In this document: piece after piece, positions 53,741 to 62,821 of the stretch | Position numbering within the stretch: position 1 is the stretch's first letter | How the letters are laid out: every line of letters starts with the position of its first letter | From: Oligoflexia bacterium | Lineage (GTDB): Bacteria; Bdellovibrionota; UBA1018 | Reading direction: 5' to 3' | NCBI GenBank assembly: GCA_043732485.1 | Contig: JAYTHP010000114.1 | Location: 10,006 to 74,005, forward strand | DNA: 64,000 nt | Program-made: the position numbers and the translations under genes | The notes under the pieces: model-generated | What the model was told of the DNA's origin: nothing | Seen by the model: only the letters and a program-made list of their open reading frames with translations | Database searches by the model: none

Positions 53741-54082
53741 AAGCCTGTCTCCCGCAGCCGCCATCAGCATCAGCCCTTCCGCTGCGCCAGAGGCTAGGGG
53801 AAAAAATTAAAAAACAAGGGGTCTGTCCTTTTTTTAGTCTCCAGTCCTGCCATCTGCTCGTAACAATCCGCTAGGAATCCCGTAAGAAATTCCACTTCAT
53901 TTTTTTCATCTTGCAATCTCCCCTGAAGCTTGCTTTGATAGAAGAAAGCGATCCTCAAGCGAAGAGTGCAAACGACTGACCCCAGTGACTGCGACCCCAT
54001 GACTCTTGACGCGTCAGTCGAAGGAGTCCTCAAGCAACCGGGACGCAAACGAGAGATCAACACAGGAGTGAAAAGCAATTAT

Positions 54083-55363
54083 ATGACACTGCCGCGCGTA
54101 ATGGTGATGGGGGGCGTTCGGACTCCTTTTGTTCGTGCCCGATCGGTTTTTCAGAAAATGCCTGCCTCTACCCTGGGAGGAGCAGCCTTGCGCGAGCTAG
54201 TGATGAGAACCAAGCTTGATCCTCATCTCATTGAAGAAATTTACTTCGGGATTGTGAGTCCTCCAGCCGATGGCACCAATATCTCGCGCGAAGCGCTCTT
54301 TGATTCGCAATTACCGCCCACCATTCCTTGCACCACCATCAACCGCTATTGCGCCTCTTCGGCTGAAGCCGCCTCGGCTATTGCCGCTAAAATCCAGGCC
54401 GGACAAATCAGCGTCGGGATTGCAGGTGGGGTGGAATCGATCAGCACGATTCGCGCCTTATTTAGCCAGCAAGCGACTGATTACTTTCAAGATTTTGGCA
54501 AGTTAAAGACTTGGCAGCAAAAACTGCAACACCTTGCCCGCTTCACTCCAGCCTTACTTGCCCCCTCAGCTCCAGCCATCAAAGAAGCCACCACGGGCTT
54601 GACGATGGGGCAGTCGGCGGATCTCATGGCCCGAGAATTCAAGATTAGTCGCTCGGACCAGGATCTTTTTGCCATGCAAAGTCACGTCAAAGCCCATGCG
54701 GCGCAAAGTAAGGGCTTTTATCAAAGCCACGTGATCCCGGTTGCCACCCCGGATGGCAAGGTGATCCATCAAGACACAGACATTCGTCCCGATTCCTCGT
54801 TTGAGAAGCTCTCAAAGCTCAGACCGGTTTTTTATCCAGACGGCACGATTACGGCTGGGAACGCAAGCCCGCTGACTGACGGCGCGTCGGCTGTGTTGCT
54901 GATGAGTGAAACCAAGGCTTCCGCCCTCAAAATGGAACCCTTGGGGGTGATTCGCGCGGTGGCGGCTGCGGCCATTGACATTCAAAAGGAGCCGTTGCTG
55001 ATTGGGCCGGTTTTTGCAATCCCACGCGCACTGAAAGCTGCAGGTGTGACCTGGGATCAGCTGGATTTGATTGAAATTCATGAGGCTTTTGCGGCCCAGG
55101 TGCTTTCCACCACCCAAGCCATTGCTTCGCCCAGCTGGTGTCAGAAAAAGCTCGGACTCACCAGCGCGATTGGCGAGGTGGATCCGAGCAAACTGAACGT
55201 CAACGGCGGCAGCATTTCTTTGGGCCATCCTTTTGGCGCCACAGGCGGTCGGATGATTCTACAAACCTTGCACGAACTGCGCGCCCGCAAGCAAAAACTA
55301 GGCTTAATTTCGATCTGCGCCGCCGGGGGCTTGGGCGTGGTGATGATCGTGGAAGCGCTGTAA
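54083..55363 (+). CDS. acetyl-CoA C-acyltransferase (thiolase, FadI-like)
   Basis: NRYCASS, TAGNASPLTDGA, EIHEAFAAQ, GHPFGATG, CAAGG. Confidence 0.95.
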   Translation: MTLPRVMVMGGVRTPFVRARSVFQKMPASTLGGAALRELVMRTKLDPHLIEEIYFGIVSPPADGTNISREALFDSQLPPTIPCTTINRYCASSAEAASAIAAKIQAGQISVGIAGGVESISTIRALFSQQATDYFQDFGKLKTWQQKLQHLARFTPALLAPSAPAIKEATTGLTMGQSADLMAREFKISRSDQDLFAMQSHVKAHAAQSKGFYQSHVIPVATPDGKVIHQDTDIRPDSSFEKLSKLRPVFYPDGTITAGNASPLTDGASAVLLMSETKASALKMEPLGVIRAVAAAAIDIQKEPLLIGPVFAIPRALKAAGVTWDQLDLIEIHEAFAAQVLSTTQAIASPSWCQKKLGLTSAIGEVDPSKLNVNGGSISLGHPFGATGGRMILQTLHELRARKQKLGLISICAAGGLGVVMIVEAL

Positions 55364-55410
55364 GCGAGCATTTGACAGCAGACCCTAAAGTCGGTAAACT
55401 GGGCAGTGCT

Positions 55411-57216
55411 ATGTTGGACTTGCTTACCCCAGACACTCTTCCTCATTACAACCAGGGGCTGCACAAGCAGGGGCTACAGCTTCGGTTCTTAAATGAGATC
55501 TCTACCCGTCTGCAAAGCCTGCTCAAGTCGCAGAATTTTTATCAAGAAATCCTCATTATTATTCAGAACTATTTCAACTACTACTCCATCCAGATCTGGA
55601 GCGTAGGAGTGCATGGGGGTTACACGCTGCAAGCGCAAGCCGGATCGTGCGGGGAGCTTTTTAAAATTGGCCAAAGCGTCAACGACTCCTCTGGCATCAT
55701 CGGCGCAAGCATTCGCAGCAAGCGCGCCTACCTGGCCAATGACGTCAGCTCAGACCCGCTCTACTTGCCACCTGCAGCAACAAGACCCGGCAAAGGCATT
55801 GACACCCAAGCTCAGTTAGCCATTCCCATTCTCAATGGCAACAAAGTGATTGCCGTTTTAAGTATTGAAAGCCTCAAGCTCCAGGCGTTTGATGAAACCG
55901 ACGTGGCCACGCTCGAAGCCGTCAGCTCGCAAGTGGCGGTGGCAATGACTAACCGACAACTCTACCGCGAAGCCACTGATTTTAATAAGAAATTACAACA
56001 AGCCATCGAAAGTAAAATCCTCGAACTGCGGCGCGCGCATCAAAGAATCCTGGAGCAGCAAAAACTGCTGCAAAAAGAAAACCAGGCACTCAAGACCCTG
56101 ATGCATCAAGATCCCCGCAAATCGGAGATCATCGCCCAAAGTCCGCTGATGAGCCAGCTGCTTGGCATCTTGGATAAGGTGGCTCCGACCCAGGCTCCCA
56201 TTTTACTGCAAGGCGAAAGTGGCACGGGCAAGGAGTTTCTTGCCCGCCGTATCCACGACAAAAGCGAGCGCAATTTGCAGCCTTTTTTTGCCATTCATTG
56301 CGGCGCCTTGCCCGAAACGCTGCTGGAAGTGGAACTCTTTGGCGCCGACGAACAAGCACCCTCGTACCCGACGAAGATGGGGGTTTGCGAAGCGGCTGAC
56401 GGCGGCACGCTGTTTTTAAATCAAGTCGGCGAGATGCCGCTCAACACCCAAGCTAAACTGCAGCGTTTTCTAAAAGAAGGTAAATTCTATCGCTGCGGGG
56501 GCCAACTGGCGCTAGAGTCGAATGTACGCATCATTAGCGCCACTTCCGGGGATTTAGAAAAAGCGGTGGGGCAGGGGCACTTTCGTGAGGAACTTTTTTA
56601 TCGCCTTAACACCATCTCGCTTTCCGTCCCGCCACTTAGAAAACGCAAGGAAGATATCCCGCTATTTGTTGATTTCTTCTTCAGGCACTCCTCCTATGCT
56701 TTGGGCTCCCATTATGGGAAAATTGACGCCAAGGCGCGGTTATTTTTTCAAGAATATGACTGGCCTGGTAACATCCGTGAACTACAAAACACGGTGGAGC
56801 GCTTAAAAATCTTAGCCGAGCATCAAGAAATTACTTTGCAAGACCTCAAGCTGGTGCGCCAGACCCCGTCGTTACGCTTAGAAAAATCCTGGGAGTGCTG
56901 GGATCAACCGCTTGCAAGTGTTGAGAAAGCTTATATCTTAGGCGTACTGAGTTTCCATCAGGGCAACAAAAGTAAAACGGCCGCAAGTCTTAGGATTACC
57001 TTAAAAACGCTCTATAATAAGCTTGAGCGCTATGAAGCGGGAGCGGGAGCCAGCGCAAGCTCCCCTTCTTCGACCCTTTTTGCCAGGCGACAGGGCCTCG
57101 TGCAGGAGGGGGCAAATGCTCACGCAAGCAGCAGCAGCAGCGGCCAAGCGCTTGATCCTGGCAGCAAGCAAGAACATCCTCATCGTTTACGAGACGATAC
57201 TTTCACTCAGCTTTGA
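55411..57216 (+). CDS. GAF + sigma54-interaction AAA + Fis-HTH regulator (degenerate motifs)
   Basis: GAF LAIPILNGNKVIAVLSIES, GESGTGKE, FREELFYRLN, WPGNIRELQN, KTLYNKL. Confidence 0.88.
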   Translation: MLDLLTPDTLPHYNQGLHKQGLQLRFLNEISTRLQSLLKSQNFYQEILIIIQNYFNYYSIQIWSVGVHGGYTLQAQAGSCGELFKIGQSVNDSSGIIGASIRSKRAYLANDVSSDPLYLPPAATRPGKGIDTQAQLAIPILNGNKVIAVLSIESLKLQAFDETDVATLEAVSSQVAVAMTNRQLYREATDFNKKLQQAIESKILELRRAHQRILEQQKLLQKENQALKTLMHQDPRKSEIIAQSPLMSQLLGILDKVAPTQAPILLQGESGTGKEFLARRIHDKSERNLQPFFAIHCGALPETLLEVELFGADEQAPSYPTKMGVCEAADGGTLFLNQVGEMPLNTQAKLQRFLKEGKFYRCGGQLALESNVRIISATSGDLEKAVGQGHFREELFYRLNTISLSVPPLRKRKEDIPLFVDFFFRHSSYALGSHYGKIDAKARLFFQEYDWPGNIRELQNTVERLKILAEHQEITLQDLKLVRQTPSLRLEKSWECWDQPLASVEKAYILGVLSFHQGNKSKTAASLRITLKTLYNKLERYEAGAGASASSPSSTLFARRQGLVQEGANAHASSSSSGQALDPGSKQEHPHRLRDDTFTQL

Positions 57217-57280
57217 CAAGCTTAACAACCGTATTTTACAACCGCAAACACACGCACACACACAAAAAGGAGCCCCTTCG

Positions 57281-57724
57281 ATGCCTAAAAAAGAACCTAA
57301 AAACCAGTTAGCTGCCGACTCTCACCTGTCCGCCACCGCCATGAGTGACGCTGAAGCAGGCGACGACACCGCAGCCAAACCCAGCATGAAACAAACCAAA
57401 GCCAAAGAGTTTGCCCATAAGACCAAAACCCCACTTTTGTCACAAAGCATTCCTGCCTCAGAAGCCCCTGACGTGGAAGATGCAGAAGACGAAGAAGAGC
57501 AAGCTAGCGCCTCGGAGCGCACTGCTAGCAGTCATTCCGCAGCACTGGCTGCTGCTAGTGGTGGCGGAGAGATGTCAGCGTCGTTTAAGAACTTTAGACA
57601 CCACCCGGATATGGAAAACTTTTATCGCTTTATCTACGAAAACGACTTGCGCCATGAAGCGCTCATGATCCTTGATTCCATTATGGCGGAAAAATTGGCA
57701 AAAAAACCCCTTAAAAATAAATAA
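57281..57724 (+). CDS. hypothetical protein with conserved-looking C-terminus
   Basis: AAGGAG RBS. Low-complexity N-terminus, then FKNFRHHPDMENFYRFIYENDLRHEAL. Confidence 0.7.
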   Translation: MPKKEPKNQLAADSHLSATAMSDAEAGDDTAAKPSMKQTKAKEFAHKTKTPLLSQSIPASEAPDVEDAEDEEEQASASERTASSHSAALAAASGGGEMSASFKNFRHHPDMENFYRFIYENDLRHEALMILDSIMAEKLAKKPLKNK

Positions 57725-57905
57725 TCCCACCCGCACCACCACCAGCAGCAGGAGAGCAAGAGGCACAGCAGTTTTTCAGTCCCAAAAGTAAGCAGACTAG
57801 CGGCGGGTGAGTGATTGGGTAAGCGGGAGAGACCTGGAGCAGTCTTAATCGAAGAGGCATTTTCGATCGCTTTCTTGAGAAAAGTTAGCTATTCTTGAGT
57901 CTGCT

Positions 57906-59303
57906 ATGCAACGACTTGCAGCCCTGCTGCTGATGATGACGATCTTGTTCTCTACTGCCTCCGCCTTCTTCGGACTGAGGCTTGCTCGGGCGGGCAGTGC
58001 GCACTCTCAAGCGCACTGTCACGCCTATGATCATGACGCGGACTTGAGCAATGATCAGCCTCCTCTTCTACCCCCTCCCCCTCCTCACCACCAGGCGGTC
58101 ATGCTGATGACCCTTCACGCCTTACTCCCGCAAATTGCATCCCATCTTGATCCTCGCTCAACCGTAAAACTTGCGGCCTGCTCGAAAATGACTTGGAGTT
58201 TACTGATGAGCCAGCCGCAGTTTATCAGCTACAAGCGGCAGCAGAGTTGCGACCAGCTTACAGACAGTGATTGGTTGGATTATCAGCAATTCTTGCCAAA
58301 AAGTCATCCTGCACGCACTCCTCGTACCTCAGTTTATGCAGTCCCCTACCTCTCCAATGCTTTAAAGTTGCGCTTTGTCGATGGGAGCGCTTTGCAGCAC
58401 TTTCTCGCATTACCGGACGCCGCAGACTTTACTCAAATTGCCGTTGATTTTCTCAGCCCCCAGGAGTGGCGTGCTGAGAACTGGCAAAACCTCCACCTCC
58501 TGAAAAATGCTGAGAAGATTGAGCTTAATTTAAATCACTTTCATTTAGGGGACCTCGGTGCAGCCTGGCTTGCGCAAGTACTGGCGCACCCCAATAATCG
58601 CTTAAGCGCTCTGGGGCTGCGATTTAATAGTATTACCGCCGTGGGCGGCAGACAACTAGCCCAAGCACTGCGCGAGCCACATAATCGGCTGAGCGCCCTG
58701 GATCTGAGCTGGAATCACTTAAGCGACGACGGTGCCAAGGAATTGGCACTCACCCTCAGGCACCCGAACAATCAACTGAAAAGTTTGGATTTAAGCTGGA
58801 ACGACTTAAGCGCCACAGGTCTGAAGGCTGTGGCCTTAGCGCTGCGCAATCACAACAACCGACTGACCGCTTTGAATCTGCACCGTAACCGGATGCCAGA
58901 ACTGGTGGCCCAGACTTTGGCGCGCACCCTGACCCATCCGCATAATCACCTCCACCACCTCAATGTGAGTTGCAACCAGCTGCAAAGCGCAGGGGCAATT
59001 GCCCTGGCCGCTGCACTGCGCAGCAATTTGCACCTCAGGCACTTAAATTTGAGTCGTAACCACATTAAAACCACAGGCGCAATCGCCCTGGCTGCAGCCT
59101 TGAAAGAAAACCGCCACCTCAGGCACTTGAACTTAAGCGATAACCAGATTCAAGGCGCAGGGGCAAAAGCCATTGCCCTTGCCCTGCAAGCCAATCCTCA
59201 GCACCAGCTCATCTTGCTGAACCTTACGGAAAACCTCCTGATTCCAGCCTGCTTGCAAGCCGAGCTCAAGGCCGCAGTCCTGCACTGTCACTTCATTTTT
59301 TAA
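57906..59303 (+). CDS. signal peptide + F-box-like + RI/NLR-type LRR protein (intact)
   Basis: Signal MQRLAALLLMMTILFSTASA. F-box-like LHALLPQIASHLDPRSTVKLAACSKMTW. About nine 28-30 aa repeats of LxxLxLxxNxIxxxGxxxLAxAL. Confidence 0.88.
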   Translation: MQRLAALLLMMTILFSTASAFFGLRLARAGSAHSQAHCHAYDHDADLSNDQPPLLPPPPPHHQAVMLMTLHALLPQIASHLDPRSTVKLAACSKMTWSLLMSQPQFISYKRQQSCDQLTDSDWLDYQQFLPKSHPARTPRTSVYAVPYLSNALKLRFVDGSALQHFLALPDAADFTQIAVDFLSPQEWRAENWQNLHLLKNAEKIELNLNHFHLGDLGAAWLAQVLAHPNNRLSALGLRFNSITAVGGRQLAQALREPHNRLSALDLSWNHLSDDGAKELALTLRHPNNQLKSLDLSWNDLSATGLKAVALALRNHNNRLTALNLHRNRMPELVAQTLARTLTHPHNHLHHLNVSCNQLQSAGAIALAAALRSNLHLRHLNLSRNHIKTTGAIALAAALKENRHLRHLNLSDNQIQGAGAKAIALALQANPQHQLILLNLTENLLIPACLQAELKAAVLHCHFIF

Positions 59304-59513
59304 CGGGGCTCAGCGGCGGATCTTAGAGTACGACACCACTCCGCTTCGATTTAAAAAAAATTGAGGAAAAAATCGTTGGCGAGTCATTTTTTATTTCATT
59401 TCTTCCTCAAAAGGACGTTTACTCTTCAAAAGAAGTTCAGTGTGCTCAGTTTACCAAAAACAATGCCGCTTGTGGGTGCACGAAAAAATGGAAGTGAAAG
59501 CTGAAAAAAAATT

Positions 59514-60704
59514 ATGAACAAAAACAAGCCCTTCTATTGCTTCCCACGCAATCACCTGTCTGTGGTCTTACTGAGCGTGGGTCTCCTCTCACGGCTCGTT
59601 ATTCTTTTCTTCGTTGTCATTGACGGAGGTAGCCGCGCTGTAACCCCTGACAGTTCTCAGCACTTCCGCCCGCACCTGAACCGCAGATTACTCCGCCACT
59701 CTTGCCCGTGGTCACTCCACTGACGCAACTCCCAGCCGCTTTCCTCTCAACGCCTGTTGTCCCGTCGCCTCAGGTTTAGCCAGCAACCCTCCGACTCAGG
59801 TTGCTTTACGCATCATTAAGCCTGTGCTTGCCTTGCGAGGGATGGGCTGTGTGTGATGTGCCACGCGCAGATCCAATCCAATGTCATTACCGACTTTGGA
59901 GCGGGCGATGACGTCGTGTTCATGGGCGGACCCCCCGGCCCGTTAAGAATCATCGTTTTTTTACCGAGAGCGATGGTGAAAACGGCCACTCGCGCTGGGA
60001 TACGAATCTCTACTATTCTTGGCAAACGGCAACCATCAAAGGCAGCGTTTACGTGCCGAACGTCAACGTACCCTTAAATACCCTTTCCAGCCTGCAGCCG
60101 GTTACCTCACTCGGCGACACGCAAACGCCCTCACCCCTTTGGCCGGCCCCTTATCCCGCAACCGGCATTCCGCTCGCAGCCTTGCTGACCACCCTCTACG
60201 TGAGGCCCCCCGATGCCTGGCCCTTAAATAACGGCACCGTCCCGTTCAATCAGCCCCGGTTTCTTTTGGCATTACGCCACTGCAAGCCACAAGCGCCGCG
60301 ATTCATAGTTTAAGCCAAGTCACGATTCGCGCGCCGTTAGCCTCTGAGATCTTAAGCATCGCCACGCAACCGCTGCAGTCCAGCGGCTTTCAGACGTTTG
60401 ATGGTCGCACCGCAGGCTTGAACTGAAAGACCAATTACATCACGGCCTCAAGCTTAACCTGTTACGGCGATGTGGTGATCAACGGACCACTCTTTTCAAA
60501 TGCCCTATCGGTAACCACCGATTTTCTCACCTGCTGCTCAATGCCCCGGTCGTTGAAAGCCGTTATCTTGGTCAATTGCAAGGCGTGCTGATTGCTGAGC
60601 TGGCGCAATTCCGGCTCGGGCAATTTAATTTCATCTTTGATCCGATGTTTGGCGATGCTCCTATCTTCCCGCTCCTCCCCACTGACATCCTAGTCGCGCA
60701 GTGA
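59514..60704 (+). pseudogene. degraded tandem copy of the CxxCH lipoprotein gene at 61102-62583
   Basis: Same start (MNKNKPF), near-identical internal stretches, frameshifts, TGG>TGA at 60424. Lacks the segment equivalent to 62097-62400. Confidence 0.92.
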
Positions 60705-60712
60705 GGCCAGAC

Positions 60713-60900
60713 GACCCTGATGATCTCACTCTTGCAGCAGCAAATCGCCTCAATCGTTTTTCCGGATGCCAGTCTTTAAAAAGATGCCCCCCCAGGTGCA
60801 CTTCGAACTTGAGCAGGGGGCTGATCAGGCAGTGAGCACGCCAAAATCCGTCTACCTTGCGGTAATGCCTAAAAAATGCAGCTTTGATGGCAAAGCGAAC
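60713..60900 (+). pseudogene. fragment of a duplicate of the PRPP-synthetase-like gene
   Basis: CAGCAGCAAATCG...CCGGATGCC...GCACGCCAAAA...CCTTGCGGT...GCAGCTTTGAT aligns with about 63828-64000. Confidence 0.85.
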
Positions 60901-61101
60901 GACGGGGTGGCAAGTCAGGGTGTGACCCCACTGCATTGATCCTACAAAAAACTGAGAAAAAAGGCCCAGGGTGTCATTTCTGATTTCATTTTTTCCTCAA
61001 AAAAGACGATAGCCCTTCAAGAGGAGTTCAGTGCACTCAGCTCACCAAAAACAGTACCCTTTTGGGTGCAAGGGGAGTGGAAGTGAGAAATAAAAAAAAT
61101 T

Positions 61102-62583
61102 ATGAACAAAAACAAGCCCTTCCATTACTCCGCGCGCAATCACCTTTCTGCGGTCTCACTGAGCTTGAGTCTCCTCTCACAGCTGGTCATCATTTTCGTC
61201 GTTATTATCGGCGGCGGCGGGTGTAACCCCTCACAGTTCTCGACGCTTCCGCCCGCGCCCGGGCCTGAACCAAAAATTACACCACCACCTTTACCCGTAG
61301 TCACTTCCCTACCCCAACTGTCAACGGTTGTTCCCCCACTTCCGGTAGCCTCAGGCTTAGCCAGTAACGCTCCCACTCAGGTCGTTTTACGCACCATTAA
61401 GCCTGTGCTTGCCGTGCGAGGGATGGGCTGTTTGATGTGCCACGCGCAGATTCAATCCAATGTCATTACCGACTTTGGAGCGGGCGATGACGTCGTGTTC
61501 ATGGGCGGACCCCAGCCCGTTAATAATCATCGTTTTTTTACCGATGTCAGCGGTGATAACGTCCACTCGCGCTGGTATACGAATCTCTACAATTCTTGGC
61601 AAACGGCAACCATCAAAGGCAGCGTTTACGTGCCGAACGTCAACGTGCCCTTAAATACCCTTTCTAGCCTGCAGCCGGTTACCACACCCGGCGGCACGCA
61701 AATACCCTCACCCCTTTGGCCGGCCCCGTATCCCGCAACCGGTATTCCGCTTGCAGCCTTGCTGACTACCCCCTACGTGAGGCCCTCCGATGCCTGGCCC
61801 TTAAATAACGGCACCGTCCCGTTCAATCAGCCGGTTTCTTTTGGCGTTACGCCACCGCAAGCCACAATCGCCGCGATTAATAGTTTAAGCCAAGTCACGA
61901 TTCGCGCGCCGTTAGCCTCTGAGATCTTAAGCATCGCCACGCAACCGCTGCAGTCCAGCGGCTTTCAGGCGTTTGATGGTCGCACCGCAGGCTTGAACTG
62001 GAAGACCAATTACATCACGGCCTCAAGCTTAACCTGTTACGGCGATGTGGTGATCAACGGACCACTCTTTTTAAATACTCTGTCGGTAACCACCGATAAC
62101 CAGGGCTGTCGCCTCTACGTAACAGGCTCGGTGTTCATTCAAGGGCTGATCACTTTTAACGGGGACGAGACCCTCTACCCGAAACAAAACCTGCAAATCT
62201 CAAGCTCCCGGGCCATCGTGATGGGAGTTGGTACAAGCGAATTGCAAAATCGACTGGTCACGGATAACCGCGGCATGTGGACGCGCAACGGTAACTGGAG
62301 CGACCGCGCCGCAGAAATCTTAGCCGATCAAGCCGCCATTGGCAGAGTGATCATCGATGCCACCGACCCGGGTAACCCGGTGGTCGATCCGAAACTCAAC
62401 TTTTCTCACCTGCTGCTCAATGCCCCGATCGTTGAAAGCCGTTATCTTGGTCAATTGCAAGGCGTGCTGATTGCTGAGCTGGCGCAATTCCGGCTTGGGC
62501 AATTTAATTTCATCTTTGATCCGGTGTTTGGCGATACTCCTATCCTGCCGCTACTCCCCACTGACATCCTCGTCGCGCAGTGA
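61102..62583 (+). CDS. putative lipoprotein with a single CxxCH motif
   Basis: Hydrophobic segment ending GGGC, Pro-rich linker, GCLMCHAQ, beta-rich C-terminal part. Confidence 0.75.
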   Translation: MNKNKPFHYSARNHLSAVSLSLSLLSQLVIIFVVIIGGGGCNPSQFSTLPPAPGPEPKITPPPLPVVTSLPQLSTVVPPLPVASGLASNAPTQVVLRTIKPVLAVRGMGCLMCHAQIQSNVITDFGAGDDVVFMGGPQPVNNHRFFTDVSGDNVHSRWYTNLYNSWQTATIKGSVYVPNVNVPLNTLSSLQPVTTPGGTQIPSPLWPAPYPATGIPLAALLTTPYVRPSDAWPLNNGTVPFNQPVSFGVTPPQATIAAINSLSQVTIRAPLASEILSIATQPLQSSGFQAFDGRTAGLNWKTNYITASSLTCYGDVVINGPLFLNTLSVTTDNQGCRLYVTGSVFIQGLITFNGDETLYPKQNLQISSSRAIVMGVGTSELQNRLVTDNRGMWTRNGNWSDRAAEILADQAAIGRVIIDATDPGNPVVDPKLNFSHLLLNAPIVESRYLGQLQGVLIAELAQFRLGQFNFIFDPVFGDTPILPLLPTDILVAQ

Positions 62584-62821
62584 GGCCCAAGTCACCCTAA
62601 GCTGAGCTTGGCCTCTTGGCTTCCGCTTGCCCTCTTTTCCGCCCACACACCCCCGCTCCTTTTGTCGGGTGGCGCCCCGGCCATTTTCTTGCTTGTGCTA
62701 GGCGAACCCTTGGTCTAATCTTAAAGGCGCAGAACCTAGAGCGCCCCCAAAAACCAAACAAGATCGGCAAAAAAATCAGATGTTTTCCCCTGCTGTTTTT
62801 CTTCGACCTGTAATCTCTCAG

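Noticed and set aside
5094..60426. Stop-codon reassignment (TAG/TGA at Trp positions 5094, 47090, 60424)
   Set aside because: The same genes also have frameshifts, both TAG and TGA occur, and intact genes end normally at all three stops. Ordinary G>A nonsense changes explain it.
59514..62583. Diversity-generating retroelement (template/variable repeat pair)
   Set aside because: Differences between the copies are not adenine-specific and include indels. The whole gene and its upstream region are duplicated, and there is no reverse transcriptase in the window.
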